IMG/VR virus record: IMGVR_UViG_3300022725_000034
Location: 2,659-66,658 of that record
DNA from: a virus
Length of the DNA: 64,000 nt
Reading direction: 5' to 3' (one strand)
Shown: positions 1-9,285 of the stretch, one piece after another
How the letters are laid out: every line of letters begins with the position of its first letter
Numbering within the stretch: the first letter of the stretch is position 1
The notes under the pieces: model-generated
What the model was told of the DNA's origin: nothing
Database searches by the model: none
The model's input: the letters and a program-made list of their open reading frames with translations, nothing else
Position numbers and translations under genes: made by a program

Positions 1-2208
1 CCGGAGCTATCACGCCCGCTGGTACTGACCAACGGCATCACCGACGACAGCGACGACCCGGACGCCGAAGGGCAACTGCTGGCAGATATTCCGAGCGCCG
101 CCCCGGGGCTATCCCTGAGCGCCACCGGCGAAACCATCTCTGCCGGGGCATTGGCGGCCCAACTGCTAGGCGCCATCCCGGGGATTACGTTTGCGGCCCT
201 CGGGGCACAAGACACCACGTACAACCCGCCGCCGATATTGAGCGATGTGATTCTTAGGGCGGGCTACGCCATGCCCCCGTTGGGCGATCCGGTGGAACTG
301 TCCGAGCAAATCGAGCCGGAATCCTCGATCTACGGCAACCTGCGGGCCGATACCCCGGTGCCACAGCTCAGCCTGACGGCCACCGTCAGCGGCGAAATCA
401 TCCCCGCCGGGGCATTGGCTGCCCAACTACCCAGCGCAATCCCGGGGCTATCCCTGAGCGCCAGCGCGGCCATTATCAACACCGGTAACGCTACCGCGTT
501 ACTGCCCCAGCCGCCGAAGCACCCGGCGACCCTGGCCAGCAACGCCGTGCAGATAATGGACCTGCCCGACAACGACGGCGCCAGCACTCGCACCCGCCAC
601 GGCACCCGCTACCCGGACGCCTGGCAGGGCCTGATCTTCCGCCAGCGCCACGGCCAGCCCACGGCGCTGCACCTGCAAGGCGACCACCAGGCCATGATCC
701 AGCGGCGCAACCGGCTGGCCGCACCGCGAGCCGAGATGATCCGGTTCCAGCGCCCAATCCGCCAAGGCCACCAGCACGGCATCGACGCCAGCAGTCACAT
801 ACAGGCCCCGTATGCCGAGGCCATCCGCACCCGGGCCAGCAAGCAGCAGGCGCACCAGCACGGCCCCGACCGCCACGGCAACACCGGCATGCCCCATGCC
901 GACACCATAAAACGCCAGCCATCACTGCGCATGGCAGAAAGACAGTCAAGGCCATCCGCCAACTCGCTCGGCATAGGGCACCATAACGCATGGCCCACCG
1001 GCACCCGGCTGGAAGTGCGCTGGACAAAGGCAGCTCACCCCGCACCGGGCTATTGGTGGCCCATCTACCAGCCCCCGGGCCTGCGGGCAGTTATCCCATG
1101 CGACGACTACCAGCCGCCAGCGCTGCGCTGCCCGGTCATGCTGGGCAAGGGCTATCCGCTGCAACCGTACTGCCCGCCCGATCCGGAACAGCCCACAACA
1201 ATCATCCCCATCAGGGAGGAGTACCGAGTGATAAACACCCTGACCATCACCGAGCTTGACGGCACCCCGCTGCCCGCCAAGGATTTCAGTGCCAGCATCG
1301 ACGCCGACAGTTGGACCTGGAGCTGGTCAACCCGGATACCCGCCAGCGCCCTGGCACAAGTGCGGCCGGACAGCAGCACCCGGGTAGAGCTGATCGCCAC
1401 CATCAACGGCGAACCCCTGCGGGTACTTGTGGAGAACATACAGCGGGAGCGCCGCTGGGGCGAAGCCTGGCTGCGCGTTTCAGGCCGTGGCCGCGCCGCG
1501 TTCCTGGCCGACCCCCTGGCACCGGTTACTCAGTACACCAACACCAGCGCCATGACAGCACAGCAGGCCCTGGCCGAAGCCCTGCAGGATAACGGCGTAC
1601 CCATCGGCTGGAATCTGGACTGGCAGATCGAGGACTGGCAGATCCCGGCGGGTATTTGGAGCCACAGCGGCACCTGGATCGACGCGGCCAAGCGCATCGC
1701 CGAAGCTGGCGGTGCCTATGTCCAGAGCCACGACACCGACCAGACCCTGCGCATCTTGCCCCGGTACCCGACCGCCCCCTGGAATTGGGGAGCCGCCACC
1801 CCGGGCATTGCCTTACCGGAAGACGTGGTGGAGGTCGAAGGCATCGAGTGGCAGGAAAAGCCGAACTACAATGCGGTCTGGGTGCATGGCGGTGAGCAAG
1901 GCCGTCTGGATCGCATCATCACCGGAGTCAGTGGCGGTACTAATCCAGCGCCCACCATCGTAGACGACCTAGCCACCGACCCGGCCATGACCCGGCAACG
2001 CGGCCTGGCGCTATTGGGCGACACCGGCAAACAAGCCAACATCAACCTGCGCCTGCCGGTACTACCGGAGACGGGCCTGATCCGCCCCGGCGCGCTGATC
2101 GAGTACCACGAACAGGGCAACACCCGGCGCGGCCTTGTTCGCAGCCTGAGCATCAACCACAGCTGGCCGGAGCTATGGCAGACCATCGGAGTAGAAACCC
2201 ATGAGTAA
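1..2208 (+). CDS. Phage tail tip/baseplate-hub-like protein, 5'-partial
   Basis: Frame is open from base 1 to the stop at 2208. The N-terminal part has PGLSLSA-type repeats (23 identical nt at 102-124 and 441-463). The C-terminal part (WTWSW, RWGEAWLRVSGRGR, WPELWQTIGVE) resembles proteobacterial phage tail proteins. Confidence 0.65.
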   Translation, partial: PELSRPLVLTNGITDDSDDPDAEGQLLADIPSAAPGLSLSATGETISAGALAAQLLGAIPGITFAALGAQDTTYNPPPILSDVILRAGYAMPPLGDPVELSEQIEPESSIYGNLRADTPVPQLSLTATVSGEIIPAGALAAQLPSAIPGLSLSASAAIINTGNATALLPQPPKHPATLASNAVQIMDLPDNDGASTRTRHGTRYPDAWQGLIFRQRHGQPTALHLQGDHQAMIQRRNRLAAPRAEMIRFQRPIRQGHQHGIDASSHIQAPYAEAIRTRASKQQAHQHGPDRHGNTGMPHADTIKRQPSLRMAERQSRPSANSLGIGHHNAWPTGTRLEVRWTKAAHPAPGYWWPIYQPPGLRAVIPCDDYQPPALRCPVMLGKGYPLQPYCPPDPEQPTTIIPIREEYRVINTLTITELDGTPLPAKDFSASIDADSWTWSWSTRIPASALAQVRPDSSTRVELIATINGEPLRVLVENIQRERRWGEAWLRVSGRGRAAFLADPLAPVTQYTNTSAMTAQQALAEALQDNGVPIGWNLDWQIEDWQIPAGIWSHSGTWIDAAKRIAEAGGAYVQSHDTDQTLRILPRYPTAPWNWGAATPGIALPEDVVEVEGIEWQEKPNYNAVWVHGGEQGRLDRIITGVSGGTNPAPTIVDDLATDPAMTRQRGLALLGDTGKQANINLRLPVLPETGLIRPGALIEYHEQGNTRRGLVRSLSINHSWPELWQTIGVETHE

Positions 2209-2422
2209 TCTTTATAAGCGCCTGCTCGGATTGCTGCCGAGCGAACCCAGGGACAAAGGGGAGGTGATAGCGACCACCCCGGACGGGGCCATCGTGGAGC
2301 TGGTGACCGGCGCCCGGGTACGGGTAAGGGGCGCTGCCAGCGTAGGGGATCACGTATTTATTCGGGGAGGTCGTATTGAAGGGCCGGCCCCGGCTCTTAC
2401 TGGTGTTGACCAGATCATTTGA
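2201..2422 (+). CDS. Small tail-associated protein
   Basis: 73 aa, coupled to the tail gene; short beta-rich sequence of the kind that follows such tail genes. Confidence 0.55.
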   Translation: MSNLYKRLLGLLPSEPRDKGEVIATTPDGAIVELVTGARVRVRGAASVGDHVFIRGGRIEGPAPALTGVDQII

Positions 2423-2433
2423 GGAGACTGTCC

Positions 2434-2922
2434 ATGGACAACTACAAGCTGATATTACACCACTTCTCCCCGTCAGAGTTTGGGCCTACAGACTTCCGTT
2501 CTGAGGACTGGTTCCCTCAGATGGATCCAAGTCTTCTGGTTCGTGGCGATGTGTTCCGGACCTTGTGGGGAGCTCCTGTGGCAATCTCTGGAGCCAAGAG
2601 GGCTCTGGGTCGGCACAACGGGGCAAAGGGTAGCAAGTCGGATCACAATGTTGATCGACGGGGATCTGTTCAGGGCATGGATGTGTTTCCGGAAGGCCTT
2701 GAGACCAAGCGGGATGCTGAGCGGGCTTTGGAGTGCGCCAAGACTGCGGGTCTTTGTTCTATTGGCCTGTACCCGGAGTGGAACGGTGGCGTTGGCCTTC
2801 ACCTCGGGGTGCGCGAGGGTAGCGGTGGCAGTAAGCCTCTCGCCATGTGGGGTGCCGTACAAGACCAAAAAGGGCAGGCCTACGTATCATGGGAAGAAGC
2901 CCTCGAAAGATTACCGGATTGA
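2434..2922 (+). CDS. Endolysin, peptidase M15A-like zinc peptidase
   Basis: HFSPSEF start, R..HN...SDH, GMD and LHLGVR give the His-Asp-His metal ligands; RBS GAGGAG before ATG 2434. Confidence 0.75.
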   Translation: MDNYKLILHHFSPSEFGPTDFRSEDWFPQMDPSLLVRGDVFRTLWGAPVAISGAKRALGRHNGAKGSKSDHNVDRRGSVQGMDVFPEGLETKRDAERALECAKTAGLCSIGLYPEWNGGVGLHLGVREGSGGSKPLAMWGAVQDQKGQAYVSWEEALERLPD

Positions 2923-2985
2923 TGTTCGAGTAGGCTCAGGCGGGCTGTTTCTGCTATCCTCCATACCCATGTGAAATTAATTTCA

Positions 2986-3246
2986 ATGGGAGTGGTCGTG
3001 TCTGGAGAGTATCATCACACCGACCAAGGGACAGTCCCGCCACCCATGCCACCGGCTCACCGGGAGGCTTCACTTACTGACGAGGAGATACGGGAGGTCC
3101 GAGAAATGCTCGAGGCTGATCGTCGCGTCAAGTGGTTATGGGCCGGGGCTCGTAGGATAGCTATTTGGGTGGCTGCTGTAGTCGGGGCCGCTGTTGTGAG
3201 TTGGGAGTTCTTTGTAAAAATTATCCGTAATATTGCAGGTGCATAA
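2986..3246 (+). CDS. Single-TM membrane protein (holin/antiholin-like); start may be GTG 2998
   Basis: One hydrophobic helix (IAIWVAAVVGAAVVSWEFFV), located next to the endolysin. Confidence 0.5.
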   Translation: MGVVVSGEYHHTDQGTVPPPMPPAHREASLTDEEIREVREMLEADRRVKWLWAGARRIAIWVAAVVGAAVVSWEFFVKIIRNIAGA

Positions 3247-3248
3247 TC

Positions 3249-3722
3249 ATGGTTTTACGCAGTGTCGTTCATCGTTGGATACGCACTCATGACCGTGACC
3301 GGAGATCCGGGCCACCACTCGGCACCAAGACCAAGTGGGCACTCTATTTTGCAGTTATCTGTGCAGTCTGGATCGGGTTCAAGACTATCGAGCCTCATGT
3401 GTTCCCGGTCATCAAGGACTTCACCATCACCAAAGCCATACACGTTGGGGAGAATGTGGCTATCAGTGGTGAATTAAATAAGGTGCGGGCTTGTCGGATC
3501 CTCGACATAGTTGGGTACTCGGGAAAACAATACATTACGGTCATCTATCAAGATTACCCGGAAGCCCTAATATCTAATCGGTTGGTAAGGTCTCAGACGT
3601 ATGGACCATGGATCCTGATACCGAATGTTCCTGAAGTTGAGCTCTATGCTCAGCACCTCTGCACAACAGGGGTAGTCACCACCAAGCTGTTTCAGGGGGC
3701 TATCGTGGGGGTTTCCCAGTGA
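3249..3722 (+). CDS. Membrane-anchored protein with a periplasmic domain (possible antiholin)
   Basis: One TM (WALYFAVICAVWIGF) followed by a Cys-containing soluble domain; follows the holin-like gene. Confidence 0.45.
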   Translation: MVLRSVVHRWIRTHDRDRRSGPPLGTKTKWALYFAVICAVWIGFKTIEPHVFPVIKDFTITKAIHVGENVAISGELNKVRACRILDIVGYSGKQYITVIYQDYPEALISNRLVRSQTYGPWILIPNVPEVELYAQHLCTTGVVTTKLFQGAIVGVSQ

Positions 3723-3878
3723 AGCTCTTACATGGCCTCAGCTACGCCTTCCACTGGCTCCTATGCCACCTCATAGCCTTCCTGCTGAGGCTGGTAGCCA
3801 AGATCCCCGGCATGTCCTAAGATGGTGTGGCCGGGGGTCGCTGTACCACCCTCATAATTCATAACTGAGGGAAACCGT

Positions 3879-4142
3879 ATGAGGGTAATCGTCACCCTTC
3901 TACTGGCCGTTCTGGCTATGCCGGCCTTGGCCGTAACCCTGTCTTGGGGACCACCCACCACCCGGGTAAGTGGGGAGGTGGAGCTACCGGTTGACACCGT
4001 GTTGTCTGACTACAAGCCGAGGCACTTCCGGATCCGGGTCTACGATACTGACGGTCTTGTATCTGAGTGGAGTGATTCAGTCCGGGCAAAGCTCGTAGGC
4101 CCACCTACCGCCCCAACCTTGATGATATTACCCGATGGTTAG
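3879..4142 (+). CDS. Secreted small fibronectin-III-like protein
   Basis: Signal peptide MRVIVTLLLAVLAMPALA, then VTLSWGPPTT...FRIRVYDTDGLVSEWS, which are FN3-type strands. Confidence 0.5.
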   Translation: MRVIVTLLLAVLAMPALAVTLSWGPPTTRVSGEVELPVDTVLSDYKPRHFRIRVYDTDGLVSEWSDSVRAKLVGPPTAPTLMILPDG

Positions 4143-4185
4143 AGTGGGTCATGGGTCTGGGCCGAAAATGAAATTAATTGCAGAC

Positions 4186-4210
4186 AGGCGGGGTTAAGCC
4201 CCGCCTTTTT
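4186..4210 (+). terminator. Rho-independent terminator
   Basis: AGGCGGGG-ttaag-CCCCGCCT followed by a T run. Confidence 0.85.
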
Positions 4211-4221
4211 CATGGGCCTTA

Positions 4222-4249
4222 TTGACAAAACCTATAATTTAGGTAGAAT
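4222..4249 (+). promoter_or_regulatory. Phage sigma70-like promoter
   Basis: TTGACA-16 bp-TAGAAT. Confidence 0.8.
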
Positions 4250-4283
4250 ACTCGTATACTCGGGGAAATAAGGAGAACCCATC

Positions 4284-4541
4284 ATGACCACTGCAACCGC
4301 TATGATTCCTACCGATTCCTTTGAAACGAAATCCGCCAAGGTTCGCCGTCTGTTCAGCGAGGGTAACCGGGAAGAAGCCCTGAAGATTGCCAAGGGTTTC
4401 AAGATGGGTCTGTCTCGTAAGGATCGGGCGGTGCTGCAGCGTGGTTATGAATGCCTGTGGAACCCCGAGTTCTACCAGAAGCTGGGCTACGATCCCGAGA
4501 AGGAAGTAGCCAAAGCCATGATTGTCTGCTCAACCATCTGA
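4284..4541 (+). CDS. Hypothetical protein
   Basis: 85 aa, RBS AAGGAG, first gene after the promoter. Confidence 0.7.
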   Translation: MTTATAMIPTDSFETKSAKVRRLFSEGNREEALKIAKGFKMGLSRKDRAVLQRGYECLWNPEFYQKLGYDPEKEVAKAMIVCSTI

Positions 4542-4556
4542 TCCGAGGAGTTCCGG

Positions 4557-6845
4557 ATGTTGCAAGAAGCTATTGAGGCACGATTGCCTTTGATCTATGC
4601 CTTTGGGTCCGACCCGATTAACGACCTGTCCATCATTCAGGCCATGCTGTCCGAGAATGGGCTGTCGGTTGATGAGGCCTTATTCGATGTGGAGGAGGTT
4701 GTCGAGGATGCCCTGATCTCCAGCCTGTCGAAGGGCTACTGTGCGGTAGTGACCGACTCCCAGCTTGGATCATTCAACGTCAGTGCAGTCTACGAGGCGG
4801 CTAGTGACTGCGAGTTTGAGGAGGGCGGTATTCTGATCATCCTCTACTGCTCCGGTGAGGAACCTTCGGCCATGATCAAGGCCTCATTCTTCTGTGCCGG
4901 CAAAGTCCTTCCGGAGGAGAGGACAGTCAAGGAGGTTCTGAGTAACTACTACCCGGGCGACAAGTTGGAAGATGCGTTGCAGTATTACCGGGGGCTGACT
5001 CTCAACGAGATTGTCACCGTGGCGGCTATGTCCACCACCCTCCATGGGGATTGTTCTTTCTCGTCTGTCCTGAAGACTCGCAGGACCCTCATGGGGGAGA
5101 CCCCGGGGTTGGAACTGGTGGATACGGCCATCGGCTTCTACAAGCCTGACATGAGCCTGAAGAACTACGCAGTGAAGGCCTCGAAGCTGTTTCATGTTGA
5201 CCTGCCCGATTTCAGGCCGCGAGGGATCCTGCTGACCGGGTTGCCCGGGACCGGGAAGACCGAGGCCTCCAAGTATCTCGCCTCACTGCTTGAGGTGCCC
5301 CTGTTCCGGCTGGACATGGGTGGGATGATGACCAAGTGGCAGGGTGAGTGTCACTCCGCTGACACAGAGTATCTTACCCAGAGAGGATACCTGACTTTAC
5401 CCGAGATCTTAGAAAATGACTTGTTGGCCACGGTCAACCCAGAGACGGGAGTCCTTGAATTTCAACCCTACTTGGAGAAAGTAGAGTACGATTTTGAAGG
5501 GGATTTGTTGCAGCTAGGTCAACATCGACCGTTAGGGCTTGTAACCCCCAATCATAGAATGTGGGTTTGTGGTTCAAAGCTTAGCAACCCCTCCTATGAT
5601 TTTTGTGAGGCGGGCCTTTTAAGTACAGTGCCGTACAGAAACTCTGATCGAGTTCGGATACCTACACCATTGCCTGTTGAGGGGAAGAAAGAGATATCCG
5701 ACTTTAATGTGAGTCTAAAAACCGGAACTTCTTATAAGTTAAAGAAGACTGGTAAGTTTCCAATGAATGAGTTTCTTGAATTTCTTGGGTACTTTGTAAC
5801 CGAGGGGTGTTGCCGCAAAGACAAACCGGGAATCATACTGCTGTCTCAAAACCCCGGACCTGTAGCTGATCGTATGATCACAGTAATGGAGGCTCTATTC
5901 GGAAAAGTCTGGACTATGGAGTCTCGGGGGTGCATTACACTTAAGTCTAGCCATTTGCTTGCTTGGGAATGGCTTGCCGACAACTGTGGTGGGTATAGTT
6001 ATCAGAAAAGACTGCCAGAGTGGGTCTTTGACTGTCCCCCGTCTCAGCTAGAAATACTTTTAGAAGCCGCAATAGCTGGAGATGGGTCTTACGATTCTAA
6101 AGGTAGAGGTGGCGAATCGTTTGTCTTCAACCTGACAAGCTTTGAGTTGTCAGAGCAGATTGAGCGTATGGCTACTTTGTTAGGCTACTCCGTATCATCA
6201 AGGACTAGCCATCCTCCCGGAAACAGAAGACCGCAGCGCCACATCTATTGTAGCCCTAGAAAATCTAAAACCCTATCCGTGGCCGACATCACACCGGTAA
6301 AGTACTCAGGTAAAGTTGGATGCTTCACTGTCGCTAATGGGTTGCTCGTAACCCGGTATAAGGGGCAAACCTTAGTGTCTGGTAATAGCGAATCTAACCT
6401 GAAAAACGCTCTGCAGGTGGCTGTTAAGTCTGAGCCTTGTGTCCTGCTGCTGGATGAGGTGGAGAAGGTGCTTGGCAATGAATCGGACTCCGGCGGCTCT
6501 GTCTATCGGATGCTGTCTCAGCTTCTCTGGTGGCTTCAGTCTCACCAAAACAAGATCCTGACTGTTATGACCTGCAACGATATCAATAAGCTGCCTAAGG
6601 AGCTTTATCGTCAGGGTCGGGTGGATCAGGTAATCGAGTTCTACGGCCTCAAAGGAAATGATGTAGACGACTTCGCCAATGATGTTCTGGACTACTTCTA
6701 CAAATCCTCTGGACTCACGCTGGACGGTGGTGCTGTGGACGAGTTTGACCAGATGGTGAACAAGTGGGCAGGCGAGATCATTCACTTGTCTCAAGCCGAG
6801 ATTATCCAAAGCGTGAAGGAGTTGATCATCAAGTCTAACTTTTGA
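4557..6845 (+). CDS. AAA+ ATPase containing an intein
   Basis: Walker A GLPGTGKT, Walker B LLLDEVEK and Arg finger YRQGRVD; the intein interrupts KWQGE|SESN. Confidence 0.85.
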   Translation: MLQEAIEARLPLIYAFGSDPINDLSIIQAMLSENGLSVDEALFDVEEVVEDALISSLSKGYCAVVTDSQLGSFNVSAVYEAASDCEFEEGGILIILYCSGEEPSAMIKASFFCAGKVLPEERTVKEVLSNYYPGDKLEDALQYYRGLTLNEIVTVAAMSTTLHGDCSFSSVLKTRRTLMGETPGLELVDTAIGFYKPDMSLKNYAVKASKLFHVDLPDFRPRGILLTGLPGTGKTEASKYLASLLEVPLFRLDMGGMMTKWQGECHSADTEYLTQRGYLTLPEILENDLLATVNPETGVLEFQPYLEKVEYDFEGDLLQLGQHRPLGLVTPNHRMWVCGSKLSNPSYDFCEAGLLSTVPYRNSDRVRIPTPLPVEGKKEISDFNVSLKTGTSYKLKKTGKFPMNEFLEFLGYFVTEGCCRKDKPGIILLSQNPGPVADRMITVMEALFGKVWTMESRGCITLKSSHLLAWEWLADNCGGYSYQKRLPEWVFDCPPSQLEILLEAAIAGDGSYDSKGRGGESFVFNLTSFELSEQIERMATLLGYSVSSRTSHPPGNRRPQRHIYCSPRKSKTLSVADITPVKYSGKVGCFTVANGLLVTRYKGQTLVSGNSESNLKNALQVAVKSEPCVLLLDEVEKVLGNESDSGGSVYRMLSQLLWWLQSHQNKILTVMTCNDINKLPKELYRQGRVDQVIEFYGLKGNDVDDFANDVLDYFYKSSGLTLDGGAVDEFDQMVNKWAGEIIHLSQAEIIQSVKELIIKSNF
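5349..6386 (+). mobile_element. Intein (346 aa) with LAGLIDADG homing endonuclease
   Basis: Begins CHSADTE, block B VTPNHRM, motifs LGYFVTEGC and AIAGDGS, ends SGN before Ser+1. Confidence 0.85.
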
Positions 6846-6869
6846 CAAAACCATTAATTAAGGTAGAAT
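6842..6869 (+). promoter_or_regulatory. Phage sigma70-like promoter
   Basis: TTGACA-16 bp-TAGAAT. Confidence 0.8.
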
Positions 6870-6904
6870 GAAGCTGTACCACAAACCCAAAGAAGGAATC
6901 TGAT

Positions 6905-7648
6905 ATGTCATTCGATACAGTTGAGCAAAACGGTAAAACCTATGTGATGGGCGATCCCCGAGCCTATGTCGTGATCATGCGGGAGGAGGGGGTCACCCTC
7001 AGCATGAGCATGTTGGCCAACGTCAAGTTCCGGATGGACTGGGACGAGGATTCGACCTACGACGAAAAGCAGGTCATGACTGACGAGGTGGCCAAGGCCT
7101 TCAATGCCCTCAAGCCTTTCATGAAGTCTCCGCACGGCGGCTACTCCACAACCAAGGAGTTCACCCCGGACACCATGAGCAAGGCCATTGAGTTGCTGGA
7201 AACGGCCAAGGATGTTCTGAAGCCGGTGATCCCGTTCGAGGAAGTGATCGGCCCCATCAAGGCGGTAAAGAGCTACCGGGACACTCTGAACGAAATGATC
7301 GAGGAGGGTCTGTCTCCGGAGAATGCTCAGAAGAAGAAGGAACTGGAGGGGCTCAAGGGGCAGATGGAGAAACTGCAGGAGCAAATTAGTAAGCTCCATG
7401 CTGACGCCAGTAAACTGTCCGGGGCTATCAGCGAGGAATACCAGTCTGTGGCCAAGGAAGCTCAGGCCAAGCTGAAGGATGATGGTTTGGAGGAGGCCAT
7501 GTTGTTCTCTACGGCTCCGTTCAATGCCACCACCCGCAGTAGCGTTTACTCTGCCATGCAGGCAAAGGAACACCCCGGCATTCTGGTAGGCCCTGAGGCC
7601 GCTGATAGCGAGGACTTTGACACTGACGATGGGGACGGGGAAGACTGA
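6905..7648 (+). CDS. Hypothetical coiled-coil protein with acidic tail
   Basis: 247 aa, heptad-rich middle region, own promoter and terminator. Confidence 0.7.
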   Translation: MSFDTVEQNGKTYVMGDPRAYVVIMREEGVTLSMSMLANVKFRMDWDEDSTYDEKQVMTDEVAKAFNALKPFMKSPHGGYSTTKEFTPDTMSKAIELLETAKDVLKPVIPFEEVIGPIKAVKSYRDTLNEMIEEGLSPENAQKKKELEGLKGQMEKLQEQISKLHADASKLSGAISEEYQSVAKEAQAKLKDDGLEEAMLFSTAPFNATTRSSVYSAMQAKEHPGILVGPEAADSEDFDTDDGDGED

Positions 7649-7682
7649 GGTCTTGACTAAACCAATTAATACCAGTAAAAAG

Positions 7683-7709
7683 AAAGGCCCCTGTGCAAGA
7701 GGGGCCTTT
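7683..7709. terminator. Hairpin terminator (possibly bidirectional)
   Basis: AAAGGCCCCT...AGGGGCCTTT. Confidence 0.6.
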
Positions 7710-7774
7710 GGGTATCAGATGGGGAATCTGATGCTCATTCACCGAAGTCACTTTGCGAGTAGGAGCAGTAGCGA

Positions 7775-8674
7775 ATGAGCGTCCAGCATATAACAGCTTC
7801 TTGGGACATTCAACTACAACCAACCGAAAAATTACTGTTGGTTTTTCTTTCACATCACGCCAACAAAGCAGACGTTGCTTGGCCGGCTACCCGGACCATC
7901 CTGAAGGCAACCGGTCTGTCCAAGGCAACCTTTTACCGAGCCATCGCCAAATTGAAGAACGCGGGGCTGGTGGTCCAGACTTACTGGAAGGGTCTCAAAG
8001 CCTACCGGGTCAATCTCACCGGGAGACAGGAACAGTCTCCCCCTGATACCGGGGAGTCTCACTGGGATACCGAAGCGTCTCACCATGAGACACATAACTG
8101 TAGTGAACTGTATTTGAACTGTAATAGAACTAAGGCCGAGCCTCCGGCGTCGGCTAATGTCATTTCGATTTTCAAGAATAAGGATCCCGGGATGAAACAT
8201 GAGAAACCCAAGATGCCCGTGGGGGCACCGCTTTCCCAGACCATGAAAACGAAGTTGGATAAGCCTCGCCGGAAGGCGGGTGGTCCAGACACTACCAGCA
8301 TGGTTTACCGGCAGTACCGGGAACTGGTCAGATCTGAATTTAATTTCAAATTGCCGGAGCCGGCAGCGAAAGATCTGGGGATCATGAAACACCTGATCAA
8401 TCGTTGGGCCAGCCAGACTCCGGAATTGTTGTCTGTCATCATCGAGAACTATACTGACTTCAGGGTGTACTTTGAGGAGATCGAAGGCGAGGCCCTGAAA
8501 GGTGCTTACCCGGCTTTGCCGATGCTACTCAAGTATCACCACCTTGGACCCAACTTCTCCGAGTGGTTGAAGACCTCCGGGGACACCGGGCAAACCCACC
8601 AGCAACAGGGGCCGGTCAAGTTTGAAGTCGAAGATCCGGTGCATCAGGAGATCAAAGTTACGGTGGTCCAGTGA
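7775..8674 (+). CDS. Replication initiator with N-terminal winged HTH (lambda O-like layout)
   Basis: EKLLLVFLSHHA...WPATRTILKATGLSKATFYRAIAKLKNAGLV; carries internal iterons; upstream of DnaC-like and DnaB genes. Confidence 0.75.
   Translation: MSVQHITASWDIQLQPTEKLLLVFLSHHANKADVAWPATRTILKATGLSKATFYRAIAKLKNAGLVVQTYWKGLKAYRVNLTGRQEQSPPDTGESHWDTEASHHETHNCSELYLNCNRTKAEPPASANVISIFKNKDPGMKHEKPKMPVGAPLSQTMKTKLDKPRRKAGGPDTTSMVYRQYRELVRSEFNFKLPEPAAKDLGIMKHLINRWASQTPELLSVIIENYTDFRVYFEEIEGEALKGAYPALPMLLKYHHLGPNFSEWLKTSGDTGQTHQQQGPVKFEVEDPVHQEIKVTVVQ
7992..8130. repeat. Putative replication origin: five iterons plus AT-rich AACTGTA repeats
   Basis: TCTC cores at 7993, 8014, 8036, 8057 and 8078 (21-22 bp apart; best copy GTCTCA-CCA-TGAGAC), then AACTGTA at 8096, 8106 and 8117. 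Confidence 0.7.
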
Positions 8675-9285
8675 TGTTAACGGTAAACAACGGCCCCAAC
8701 GGGCCAGTAGATGATTCAGGGGATAGTCCCCTCTACGCTCCCGGGGTGTTGAATCCCGAGGTACATGGTCGCCTTGTAGCCGAGATCGGGAATATCGTTC
8801 GGCAGACCAATGTGCCGGAGAAGTACATCGCCAACTCCCTTGGCCAGTGGCTCAGCCCTGACGAGGTTCAGCTTATCCGGTCCATGCCTCAATGGGATCA
8901 GTCCGGGTTGCGGGGCCTTGTGTACTCAGGGAGCTTTTCAGCCCATACCCGCCTGCTTGCCATTTGCGGGTGTATGATCCGGAATTTCACCGATGCCCGG
9001 TTCCTGACGGTGCATCAGTTGATTGACGGGGTGAAGGCGGACTCGCACCTTCGGGATGTGAGTGTCATTGCCATACCGGATCTGTACGTGTCGCTGCAGA
9101 ACGGGAAGTCTGGCATGTCTCCGTGGCAGGTCGCTGACCTCTACGATATTCTGCAGACCCGGGTTTCATCTGATCTGGTGACCTTCGGTTATGTGGACAA
9201 CATGCAAAGGCTGAAGTCTGACTATGGGGAGGCGTTTCACGCCCTCATGTCCAATTTCCGTATTTTGAAAATGGCAGGGGCTTGA
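8671..9285 (+). CDS. DnaC/IstB-like helicase loader with degenerate Walker motifs
   Basis: Sits between the initiator and DnaB; GLVYSGS, ARFLTVHQLID and VIAIPDL align with the DnaC fold but lack GKT and DD. Confidence 0.5.
   Translation: MMLTVNNGPNGPVDDSGDSPLYAPGVLNPEVHGRLVAEIGNIVRQTNVPEKYIANSLGQWLSPDEVQLIRSMPQWDQSGLRGLVYSGSFSAHTRLLAICGCMIRNFTDARFLTVHQLIDGVKADSHLRDVSVIAIPDLYVSLQNGKSGMSPWQVADLYDILQTRVSSDLVTFGYVDNMQRLKSDYGEAFHALMSNFRILKMAGA

Noticed and set aside
76-470. Repeats in the tail gene as a diversity-generating retroelement template/variable pair
   Set aside because: Differences are not confined to adenines, both copies are in-frame coding, and no reverse transcriptase is in the window
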